A stretch of 56,410 bases of DNA, from contig JAGDMK010000035.1 in the NCBI GenBank assembly GCA_017860635.1, forward strand, positions 1 through 56,410. Direction: 5' to 3'. Within the stretch, counting starts at the first letter, position 1. Each line of letters opens with the position of its first letter. Positions 1-9,500 of the stretch are shown here, piece by piece. Position numbers and translations under genes: made by a program. The notes beneath the pieces were generated by a model. It did not search any database and was not told the DNA's origin. It worked only from the letters and a program-made list of their open reading frames with translations. The DNA is from Bacteroidota bacterium. GTDB lineage: Bacteria; Bacteroidota; Ignavibacteria; UBA10030; UBA6906.

Positions 1-1500
1 CATAGCCTTGCGTGCTGCGTAATTCAACTCTTCTGACCAGACGTCGATGGAGTTCCTGTCGTCAGTGACGATCTGTGTGCCAAACAGTTTCGGTGTGAAT
101 CGGTTGTCCCATGCGTGTACCCGCTGGTACTTGGGTCCGTACCGGTAGTTCGGATCTTTGTAATGCCGCTCCACATCCTTCTTCAGCTCCAATTCCCTGT
201 TCGAAGCCATCAAAACAAGATTGCCTAATCTGTTCGGCGGCTCTGCGATCGGCAGGGCAAGCACCTCTGCAAACTCAGTCCGGACTGTGGCCGCGATGTT
301 TCTCATAACGGGATCGTCCCACCCCATTGCCCATACATTGATCGCCAGTACTCCCTCCGGCTCCAGACGCTCCCTGCACAGTTGAAATGCCTCCTTGCTC
401 ACCATGTGAAATGGTATCGCACCGCTGCCGAATGCATCGATCACAATAATGCTGTAGTGTTTCGTTGTTTCTTGCAGGAACCGCCGCCCGTCCATTGTAT
501 GAATCACCGCCTCGTCCGGCTTCAATCCGAAATACGTGTGCGCGAGGCGGACAATCTCATGGTCGAGCTCTACGGCCTCGACAGTCCATCCTCTGTCAAC
601 GAAGTTCTTTACGATTGAACCACCACCCAGGCCGACAAGCAGTGCGGCTCCTTTCCTGTCAAACATGTACACGGCCAGGTCCATCACGGCGACGTATTCA
701 AGTGGCGATTGCCATGACCCTGTGTCTGCCTGCGAATGGATGGCCCCATCCACGAGCAGATACCTCCCTTCAGGGTGATCTTCAACTCGCAACTCGGCAT
801 AGGGACTCTGGACCACGGTGAGGAGGGATGGTTCCACATGTTGCGCAGAGAAGGCGTTGAGCGCGACCGCAATCAGGCCGATAGCGATGATGATTCCCGC
901 CGCGCCTCGCGATTCTTTGAATATCCTCTGCACAAGGAGCCCGACAAGGCCTGTAAGAATGAGCAAGACCCCGATGGAGAGCGTGAGCGTTGTGACGCCC
1001 AGGTACGGGACAAAATAGAAGCCTGTAGCCAGGGCGGAGATAACCCCAGCCAGCGTGGAAATCGCGGAGATGGTGCCGGCCGAACGTCCCACGACATCAA
1101 GTGAATGAGCCCGCAGGCGGATGGCGATCGGACTCACCATGCCCAGAAGCAACAGGGGCGGGAAGAATAGTAGCAAAGCGGCCAGGAATACTGCAGTGCG
1201 CAATCCCAGGTTCTCGCCGACCGATAGAATCGGTTCGCGTAACAATGGGACAAAGAGAACCCAAACCCCTGCCACAAGAAGTAGTAGGTATAATCGCCTG
1301 GATGCGCCATCCCTGTCTGCTACCCAACCTCCGACAGCATATCCTACTCCCAGGGCAATGAGTGTCACTGCAATCAACGCGGACCAGAGAAACAGACTCA
1401 CGCCATAATACGGTCCGAGAATGCGTGTTCCCAGGATTTCAAGTGCGAGTGTTGCCCCACCTGAGACAAACACGACAAATAGGAGATAGAAGCTCTTCAT
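1..1500 (-). CDS. Fused polytopic-membrane / spermidine-synthase-like (SAM-methyltransferase fold) protein; the 3' end runs off the window
   Basis: Absent from the ORF track because it has no stop inside the window. The reverse complement of 1498-1500 is ATG, and the frame stays open to position 1 (500 codons). The N-terminus is hydrophobic (MKSFYLLFVVFVSGGATLALEILGTRILGPYYGVSLFLWS). The reverse complement of 541-660 reads DRKGAALLVGLGGGSIVKNFVDRGWTVEAVELDHEIVRLA, the spermidine-synthase-type GxGxG SAM-binding block. Confidence 0.75.
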   Translation of the reverse strand, partial: MKSFYLLFVVFVSGGATLALEILGTRILGPYYGVSLFLWSALIAVTLIALGVGYAVGGWVADRDGASRRLYLLLLVAGVWVLFVPLLREPILSVGENLGLRTAVFLAALLLFFPPLLLLGMVSPIAIRLRAHSLDVVGRSAGTISAISTLAGVISALATGFYFVPYLGVTTLTLSIGVLLILTGLVGLLVQRIFKESRGAAGIIIAIGLIAVALNAFSAQHVEPSLLTVVQSPYAELRVEDHPEGRYLLVDGAIHSQADTGSWQSPLEYVAVMDLAVYMFDRKGAALLVGLGGGSIVKNFVDRGWTVEAVELDHEIVRLAHTYFGLKPDEAVIHTMDGRRFLQETTKHYSIIVIDAFGSGAIPFHMVSKEAFQLCRERLEPEGVLAINVWAMGWDDPVMRNIAATVRTEFAEVLALPIAEPPNRLGNLVLMASNRELELKKDVERHYKDPNYRYGPKYQRVHAWDNRFTPKLFGTQIVTDDRNSIDVWSEELNYAARKAM

Positions 1501-1718
1501 GGGTACCCAGCTGGAGTGAAAGTCAATGACGGAGAAAAGTAACACTCCAATATACTACTCCTTTCACAATGAGCAAAACATGGGTCTAATGGTGACGGGC
1601 ACGGGCAACCTGGCCTGTGCTTCCACACTTGTGATTCCGGGCCTGTGCGCGGCACCATTTGCATCTTGAAATAGCCGGGTGTACATTGCCGCCACACTTA
1701 CTCTCGCGGGAGGTCCAA

Positions 1719-4127
1719 ATGATGGCAACCCTCGCTCTGCTCGTCACGCTCCTCTGCATCGGCTTACTTGCCGTTATCGCGTTCCTCGTTTCCCATAGTT
1801 CGAAGATCAAATCCATCGAAAAACATATTGGTTCCCTTCAGGCGAGGGCAGCAGTACTGGAATCGCGAACGAGGGAGATCCTAGAACAATACGCCGGCAC
1901 AAGGATCCCTGTGTCAACAAAGGAGGTTGTTCGTGGGGGTCCAGCCAGTGAGGTCGTCCGTGGGATCTCAGCCACTGATGGTGTTCGTGCGGTTGCAGAT
2001 TCTGAGGCGGCCGGTATGGCAACTCAGCCGCTGCCGACCCCACCAGCACCTCCCGTAACACCGAAGGTCCCTGTGGCTCCAGAGAAGCCGTCGCGCACGA
2101 GAGGAGAATGGGAAGCCCTCATTGGAGGGAAGCTCCTCAACCGCATAGGCGCTCTCGCCCTCATCATCGCCGTCGGGCTCTTTTTGAAGTACGCGTTTGA
2201 CAACAACTGGTTTACTGAATGGATGCGGGTCTCCATTGGTGTCCTGGTCGGGGTGGTCTGCCTCCTGGCGGCGGCACGCGCCGCACGAAAGGGCTTCGAG
2301 GTGTTTGCACAGGGCCTTGTCGGGGCAGGGTTGGCAATCCTCTACCTCTCCGTGTACGCCTCGTTCAATTTCTATGCGCTTGTGTCACAGCCGGCTGCGT
2401 TCGTTGCTATGTCAGCAGTGACGATCCTCTCGTATGTCCAGGCCTTTCGATATAAAGCCCTTGCCGTGTCTCTTCTTGGTCTCCTGGGAGGCTTCCTGAC
2501 GCCGTTCATGTTGAGCACGGGTGAGGCCAACATGGTCGGACTCTTCACCTATGTGGCACTGCTCGACCTCGGGCTGCTTCTTGTCGTTGCGAGAAACGAT
2601 GCATGGATGATCCTTGATCCTCTCGCTCTGCTCGGCACATACTGCATCTACTCGCTCTGGCATAGCGAGTACTATACGCAGGATAAACTGATACCGGTTG
2701 TGCTCTTTCTGACCCTCTTTTGGATCATGTTTCATGGATTTGACCTCTATCGCTTGCGCCGCGGCGTCGCCACATACGCCGAATTCCGTCGCGCGATCAG
2801 CGGCGTTCACAGCGTTATTTTCTTTGGAGCTCTCTCGATTGTGCTCACGGAACGTCCCGTTACGGAACAGGCGATGATGACATTTGTGCTGGGTCTCCTG
2901 TATATCGGGAGCGCGTTGTTCACGGGAGAAAACACCGCTGAGCGGAAGTCCGCTTTCACGCAGTTCATGGTAACGGGTATCGTGCTCTCGCTCGTTGCGG
3001 TGCTGATCGCCTGGGATGGTTTCAACAAGATTGTCATCTGGTCGCTGGCCTGCGTATCGGTCGTGTGGATGGGGGTCACCAAACAACAGAAATCCGTCTG
3101 GGCGACCGGATTGATTCTTCTTGCCTTCTCTTTTCCGATGATGCTCTTCAGTCCTGGTGCATTGCTGTATCATCCGCTCGAAAGCTTCAGACCGGTTCTG
3201 AACGGACGGGCTCTGACGTTCCTCATCGTTGCGCTGTCACTTGGCATGGGTGGACATCTCTATTGGTCCGGTTTGCCCAAGCCTTCCTTGAAGGTGCATG
3301 AATTCTTCCAATACGGCTGGTTCTTTCTCATCGTCATCGCCCTGAATGTTGAGACCATAGATCTCTTTAGTCTCTGGATGGTGAATGCAGCCGACGCAGA
3401 TCGTGAACTCCTGGCGTTCCAGCGTCTCATGGCCGTTGCCGGCGTGAATGGGCTGCTTGGATTTGCCCTCGTGGGACTCGGGCTCGGTGTACGGATGCGC
3501 CCTCTGTTCTATGGGTCTCTCTGGTTGCTTCTGGGCGCCGCCGCGCTTGCTGCGCTCCGGGGGCTCTGGTATTCTCCGACGGAGGCATTTGTTCCGATCC
3601 TCAACATCCGTGTCGTGGTTATGCTCTTGATGGTTTTCGGATTCTTCGGCCTGAGAAAAGTGCTTGCGCAATCTCCGGACGTGTTTGAATGGGGAAAGGA
3701 ATTCGCGGCGATTGCGTCGTACGTTCCAGTAATCCTCCTTCTCGTTCTTTTCTCAGCGGAGGGATGGGACTTTTTCGAACGGGAGAAAGTGCAGGCCGCT
3801 GCGCTCATGTCGGACAGCAGCGCGGGAGAAACCGACCGGCTTCACAATCTGCAACATCTGACCCTTTCGTCAGTATGGCTGATCTTCTCGATTGTCCTTA
3901 TGCTCTTTGGTCTCCTGAAACGCGAACGCGGACTTCGGTTTCTTGCTATCGGATTGTTTGGCATCGCAATCCTGAAGATCTTTATCTATGACCTTTCCTT
4001 CCTCGATACCCTATACAGGATCTTTTCGTTCGTCGGTCTTGGGGTGATCCTGCTTGCTGCATCCTATCTGTATCAGCGGTATCGGGATGTGATTGTCGGG
4101 AATCCGTCACCACCTGCAGCACGTTGA
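1719..4127 (+). CDS. DUF2339-family polytopic membrane protein
   Basis: ORF 1659..4127, with the start moved to ATG 1719, which has GGGAGG a few nt upstream. It has an N-terminal TM helix and a Pro-rich linker, followed by a very long multi-TM body. That body opens with WEALIGGKLLNRIGALALIIAVGLFLKYAFDNNW, which I recognise as the DUF2339 pattern (from memory, not searched). Confidence 0.7.
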   Translation: MMATLALLVTLLCIGLLAVIAFLVSHSSKIKSIEKHIGSLQARAAVLESRTREILEQYAGTRIPVSTKEVVRGGPASEVVRGISATDGVRAVADSEAAGMATQPLPTPPAPPVTPKVPVAPEKPSRTRGEWEALIGGKLLNRIGALALIIAVGLFLKYAFDNNWFTEWMRVSIGVLVGVVCLLAAARAARKGFEVFAQGLVGAGLAILYLSVYASFNFYALVSQPAAFVAMSAVTILSYVQAFRYKALAVSLLGLLGGFLTPFMLSTGEANMVGLFTYVALLDLGLLLVVARNDAWMILDPLALLGTYCIYSLWHSEYYTQDKLIPVVLFLTLFWIMFHGFDLYRLRRGVATYAEFRRAISGVHSVIFFGALSIVLTERPVTEQAMMTFVLGLLYIGSALFTGENTAERKSAFTQFMVTGIVLSLVAVLIAWDGFNKIVIWSLACVSVVWMGVTKQQKSVWATGLILLAFSFPMMLFSPGALLYHPLESFRPVLNGRALTFLIVALSLGMGGHLYWSGLPKPSLKVHEFFQYGWFFLIVIALNVETIDLFSLWMVNAADADRELLAFQRLMAVAGVNGLLGFALVGLGLGVRMRPLFYGSLWLLLGAAALAALRGLWYSPTEAFVPILNIRVVVMLLMVFGFFGLRKVLAQSPDVFEWGKEFAAIASYVPVILLLVLFSAEGWDFFEREKVQAAALMSDSSAGETDRLHNLQHLTLSSVWLIFSIVLMLFGLLKRERGLRFLAIGLFGIAILKIFIYDLSFLDTLYRIFSFVGLGVILLAASYLYQRYRDVIVGNPSPPAAR

Positions 4128-4222
4128 CGTGAGGAGGTATACGCCGAACACAGTGTTCCGCTGGGAGAACTGGCTCCAGAGAAGTCGGAGCTGACAGGAT
4201 GGACAACTACAGGGAGTCAAAC

Positions 4223-4420
4223 ATGAACTGGGAATACAAGACCTTGAAAGTGTCGGCAAGGGGAGGTTTTTTGGGCGGAAAGTTCGACGAGAAGAGCCTT
4301 GATACAAGGCTGAACGAGCTGGGTGATCAGCGTTGGGAACTGGTATCAGCGTTTGCGACGCACCAGGGCTACGGGCAATCGCGAGACGTCGCCGTAATCC
4401 TCAAACGTGAGAAAAGATAG
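4223..4420 (+). CDS. DUF4177-domain small protein
   Basis: ORF 4199..4420, with ATG 4223 preceded by AGGGAG. The sequence MNWEYKTLKVSARGGFLGGKFDEKSLDTRLNELGDQRWELVS fits the DUF4177 pattern. Confidence 0.6.
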   Translation: MNWEYKTLKVSARGGFLGGKFDEKSLDTRLNELGDQRWELVSAFATHQGYGQSRDVAVILKREKR

Positions 4421-4667
4421 ATCCTGCCAACTGCATCGCAAGTGTCATACGGTAGTAGTTGCCGCAGGGATAGCCGCCCGCGAGAACATGCTCTAGGAGT
4501 TCCCGCGAGGTTACATCGAAGGGATTGCCATAGGAACAATCTCCCGCCGCCTCATGTTGTAGCGATATGTCCAGATCCCCGCCCTCAGGCTGATGCGGTT
4601 TCATGAGGCCGGACTGGATCCTCTGCAATCCACTACCAACACCAACTCACTTTTTGCAGGAGAGGCG

Positions 4668-5063
4668 ATGGCGAAACAGATCTTTGTGAACTTTCCGGTC
4701 AAAGACCTTCGGCGTTCGATCCGCTTTTTCGAGAGCCTGGGGTTCGCTTTTGATCCGAAGTTCACAGACGAGAAGGCGGGGTGTCTGATTCTGGGGGAGA
4801 ACATGTACGCCATGCTTCTCGACGAAGAATTTTTCAAGACCTTCACGAGGAAAACCCTCTGCGATGCGACACACAGTACCGAAGTGCTGGTGGCGATCAC
4901 ATGTGACAGCCGGTCACAAGTGGATGATCTTGTCGCAAAGGCCGTGAAAGCCGGCGGCAGGATTTCTCGCGAGCCCGAAGATCACGGGTTTATGTATGGT
5001 CACGCCTTCGAGGACCCGGACGGCCACATCTGGGAACCGTTCTACATGCAGCCGCAGGGATAG
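4668..5063 (+). CDS. VOC (glyoxalase/bleomycin-resistance/dioxygenase fold) family protein
   Basis: ORF 4593..5063, with ATG 4668 after GGAGAGG. FVNFPVKDLRRSIRFFESLGF and HGFMYGHAFEDPDGHIWE are typical VOC-fold blocks. The size is about 131 aa. Confidence 0.8.
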   Translation: MAKQIFVNFPVKDLRRSIRFFESLGFAFDPKFTDEKAGCLILGENMYAMLLDEEFFKTFTRKTLCDATHSTEVLVAITCDSRSQVDDLVAKAVKAGGRISREPEDHGFMYGHAFEDPDGHIWEPFYMQPQG

Positions 5064-5067
5064 GCGC

Positions 5068-6288
5068 TTACTTTGCAGTTTGTGGTCGAGCACGATACAC
5101 GAGGAGCCCCAGAACGGCAATTGCCGCGAATGCTCCCCCGGCCAGGAAAGTCGCCGATGCCCCGATGGAACTCCAGAGCGCGCCTGCAATCGTGCTCGCA
5201 AGGAGCAGCGCGACACCGCTCACAAGGTTGAAGAGGCCGAACGCGGTGCCGCGGAGCTGCGCAGGTGATGTGTCGGCAACGAGCTTGGAAAGCAAGCCCT
5301 GCGTGAAAGCAAGGTGCAATCCCCACAGGCCGGCTCCGGCAAACGTCATGAGCGGCGTCGCGGCAGCAGCGAGCAGCAGGTCGGCAGCGATAAGGAGGAG
5401 AAGCCCGACGAAAAGGAGGGTGCGCGGACTCAGACGGTCTGCAGCTGCACCGGCCGGATATGCGAACCCCGCGTAGAAAAAGTTCATCACAATCATCACC
5501 AGGGGCACGAAGCCCAGCCCGAGCCCGACGTCCTGCGCACGAAGCACCAGAAATGCTTCGCTGAACCGGGCCAGAGTGAATACCGTACCCAGCAACACAA
5601 TCAGCCAATACCGCGACGGCAGGAGCTTTGCGTCTGCCAGCTTGAGGGCTGGCCGCCCTCCTGCACCAGTCTTGCCGTTCCCGGGCTCCCTGACAAAGAG
5701 AGCAAGCAGCGCGACGGCGATGAATGCAGGGGGGACTGCGACCCAGAGCGCGCTCCGGATATTGTCGGCAAACCAGGCCATTGCCAGGACTGCCAGCACC
5801 GGGCCAAGGAACGCACCCACCGAGTCAAGTGCCTGCCTCAATCCGTATGCTGCACCCCGCAACTCCGGCGCGGCTATATCTGCTACAAGAGCGTCACGGG
5901 GTGCACCGCGTATGCCTTTCCCTATCCGATCAACAAAACGGGCACCGAAGACCCAACCAGCCGAAGAAGCGAGCGGAAAAATCGGCTTGGTAAGCGCAGC
6001 AAGTCCGTACCCCAGCAGCATAAGGAGCTTGCGCTTGCGGAGGAAGTCGCTGAGCGCTCCGGAAAAGACTTTCGTGATGGACGCTGTCGCTTCAGCCACG
6101 CCTTCAATGACTCCGATCGTCACCACGGAAACGCCGAGCGTCGTAGCCATGAATACCGGCAGGAGGCTGTGGATGAGTTCCGAAGAGATATCCATGAACA
6201 TCGATCCCATGCCCATGGCCCAGATGCCTGCCGGCAAAGTGCGCCACACTGCGGCTTTGACACGAGGCCCTGTCGATTCTGCTGACAT
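5068..6288 (-). CDS. MFS transporter
   Basis: ORF 5068..6459, with a probable start at ATG 6288 (MSAESTG..). The profile is hydrophobic throughout and consistent with 12 TM helices. It carries an MFS motif-A-like loop, GALSDFLRKRKLLMLLGY. Confidence 0.8.
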   Translation of the reverse strand: MSAESTGPRVKAAVWRTLPAGIWAMGMGSMFMDISSELIHSLLPVFMATTLGVSVVTIGVIEGVAEATASITKVFSGALSDFLRKRKLLMLLGYGLAALTKPIFPLASSAGWVFGARFVDRIGKGIRGAPRDALVADIAAPELRGAAYGLRQALDSVGAFLGPVLAVLAMAWFADNIRSALWVAVPPAFIAVALLALFVREPGNGKTGAGGRPALKLADAKLLPSRYWLIVLLGTVFTLARFSEAFLVLRAQDVGLGLGFVPLVMIVMNFFYAGFAYPAGAAADRLSPRTLLFVGLLLLIAADLLLAAAATPLMTFAGAGLWGLHLAFTQGLLSKLVADTSPAQLRGTAFGLFNLVSGVALLLASTIAGALWSSIGASATFLAGGAFAAIAVLGLLVYRARPQTAK

Positions 6289-6586
6289 TTCATTACCTAT
6301 AAAGTTTTCATGTGCGCAGAGTCTGATATCCGACAATGCAGGACGGCAGCAGGTGACTTCTGCTCGCCTCAAACATGCGAACATTCTTTCGTGCGATGCC
6401 TCCGGCGTTCGGGTAAGCCATCGTCCGCATAACATACAATCTCTGTACGACCTTGTCAATCAAAGGAGGCGCGTCGCGGGGGAACGCTGTTGCGGGAGAG
6501 TGCTTTTGCGGGAGAATGCAGCCCGATCCGGGAAAAATGCGTTGTGGGGAAACGGGAGTTTTGGGAGAAGGGACAACAGGCAGCGG

Positions 6587-9500
6587 TCATCTCATGAGGA
6601 GCATTTTCCCGGTGAAATGCCGGCCAACGTCGGTCGTCAATCGGATCAAATAGACACCGGAAGCCACAGAGAGCCCTCTGGAATCCTTGCCGTCCCACAC
6701 AAACCAGTGACGTCCTGTTTCAAGAGTTCCCTTGAAGAGCGTCCGCACCTCCTCACCGAGAATCGTGTAAAGGGTCAGCGCAACCGCTGAAGCCCGTGGG
6801 ACCGCGACAGGTATCGTGGTCGTCGGGTTGAATGGATTCGGGAAGTTGGTCCCCAGAGCAAACTCCTTTGGCAGGAGATCGTCCAGTACTGTCTGTGTGG
6901 CTTCTTGTGTCCCCACGACAACACGGAACTGAGACACCGGTCTCGCAGGTGTAAAGCTATACACCGAGTCGTTGCGGAGATCCAGCAAGCGGCTGTGCTC
7001 ATCGTCGATCAGAAGAATCCGGTATTCGCCCGGCACATCGCCCATTCCTGAGAATGACAACTGTGCCTGTTCCCGCACACCTGCCCGCACACTCATCGGC
7101 CAGGTCTCTATCGCGTCGACGGTTGTCTTGATGTCCGTTGCGAAGACGCTGCCATCAGGATCCCATCCGGTGCGTTCAAAGAACACCCCAGGTTCTTGTC
7201 CAACGCCCCGCGGCATTCGCAGGTCGAACAGATCTCTCCCGCGGTCTGCCTTCGGGGAGACGCCGATGCTCGTGGCCGCATCGGTGACGTCTCCGGATGA
7301 AAGCTGGATACGAATGCGCCAGGTTGCGGGATCGTCTGTCGCAGGGCTCTTCGCTGCGGCCCAGCCAAGCGGGATCCTCAATACAGCTCGGTTGTCAGCG
7401 TTGTCATACAGGTATCCGACACAGGGCATGAGAACCGAGGACCGGGTGAACGAGCCAGCGTAGGTCCAGATATCTGGCAGATCAATGGCTCCGTTGGCAC
7501 TCTCCACCGATGACCACTGGATCGGTGAGAGGAACGGATTGGTGATCGTGTTCCACCCCGGATGCAGGGGGATCATCACGGATCGTGTCGAATCCAGCGG
7601 GATTGTCGGTATCGTGGTCTTGATCTTCATGGGGCCCCTGTTCAGAACCCAGAAAGCTCGTCCGGGAGTGAACGTGAATGTCGGCGTCCCATCAAATGGA
7701 ACCAGGTAGTTGCTGGTGGCTCCATTATCCCAGTAGACAACCCAGTCGACCTCCTTGGTTCCCGGGAGGAGCGTGTTGATGGGAACACCGCAATTGCCCG
7801 GAAGTCCAACGAGCCGGTACTCCCTCGGTTTGTAATCTCCTCCGGACGCATATGTCGGGAACCAGATGCTATCCGCAACTTCAATCGAAGATGGATAGAC
7901 AAAGGAAGGAGTAAACGACCTGGTCGGTGAGGGCTCGCTGGTGCCAACGGCGTTTCGGGCAAACACGCGCCAGTAGTGTTTCACCCCACGCGCAAGAGAA
8001 GTCACCTGTTTCGATGTGTCGGCGACCGTTGAATCATCGACGACTGTCGTAGCGAACGTCGAACTTGTCGAAACCTGCAGGTGGTATGTGATGCCTGTTG
8101 CGAGCCATGAATGCCAGCGGAACACCACCACGGTATCAATGCCGGGAGCGTCTTCCACGGGCGCTTCGGGAACCGGATAAGGCGTCACAGGCGCAGTAAC
8201 AACAAATGCGAGACTTTGGGATGTGCCGCCTCCGGGGGGGTCGTTTGAAACGAAGACCTGACGCGTGCCGCCGGCCGCCGATGCTGCAATCTGGATGGTG
8301 GCTGTCAATCGTGTCGTCGAATCAAAGGACATTGAATCGACCTCGATTCCTGTTCCCAGGTTTAGCCGCGTTATGTCCTCGTAGAATTCGGTCCCAATAA
8401 CGACCAGCTTGAGCTGCTGAAGCACCGTTCCGCTATTGGGGTTCAGCGATGTGAGACCTGGTGCGGGATTGTTGATCACCTGGAACGCATACGCAAGTGT
8501 CGCCACCCCTCCTCCCGGGGCGCCGTTGAACACGTGGACATCCCGGTTGCCGACAGTCGCGGCAGTATCGATGTCGATCGTGACAGTCATTGCGGTGTCT
8601 GAAACGACCGTTGTTGAGGTGGCGATTTTGTTTCCAAAACTTGCTGTTGTCACGCCCGTGAGGAAGCCTGACCCTGTGACTGTCACAGAAAGACTCTGCC
8701 CCCTTCTTCCGACCGACGGCGAGATCTTCGCGATGACGGGTGCCGGATTGAAGACATCGAACGTATCGGACCGGCCAATTTCCGCGCCGCCCGTCCGGGT
8801 TGCCATGAGCACGAAGCGCCCGGACTGCTGCATTGTAACGGTATGTGATGCCAGCACACCTGCTGAGAAGGTAGAGGTCTTCGTGCCTGCCGGGGCGAGG
8901 ACTCCGTTCGATGAAATGTCAGCCGTGCCACTGAATGAAGTCGCGACATTTCCGAACCTGTCGTTGGCCCGGATCCGGATCTGGAATGGCACCTGTGCGA
9001 TCTTCGTACCGATGCTGCCTCCCCCGGCAGCGTCAATAAGGAACGTATCCACGGATCCGGTCTGATTGGTCAGCACGAATGAAGCGGGCGATGCAACGCC
9101 CAACGCCTGTGCCAGCACAGTAAACGTTCCCACAACGCCATTCGCTGTCAACGGTGAGGCATTAGCCGTGCCAGTCGCATCAGTCATGGCGCTGTCAGCC
9201 AACCCCTTTACGAATCGTCCGGATGCACCGGAGGCAGGCGCGGTGAATATCACCCTGACTCCCGACAGGGGATTGCCGGAAGAGTCTTGCACAATGGCCT
9301 TCAGGTCCGTCGTGAATGGCGTTCCAACCACCGTGCTCTGCGGCGTTCCCGTTGCCGCGAGGATTTTGCCTGGCGAACCGGATGTGTTTGTCAGATCGAA
9401 AGCGGCACCATTGGGGATACCTGTGGCGGTTGCTACTACCTGGTATGTGCCGACAAAGCTGTTGGCGAAGAATGTGGGAGCAGTCGCGATGCCAGACGCA

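Noticed and set aside
4401-4628. A minus-strand small ORF (67 aa from ATG 4604: MKPHQPEGGDLDISLQHEAAGDCSYGNPFDVTSRELLEHVLAGGYPCGNYY..) lies in the gap between the DUF4177 and VOC genes.
   Set aside because: Its codon usage looks plausible and it fills an otherwise empty 247-nt gap. However, I recognise no family, there is no clear RBS, and it overlaps the DUF4177 3' end by 20 nt. I left it uncalled; it is worth a homology search.
5576-6790. A 404-aa plus-strand ORF (and 5314..6285) opposite the MFS transporter.
   Set aside because: It is Arg/Ser/Ala/Pro-rich with no family motifs, and it lies antisense to a gene with an MFS motif and TM periodicity.
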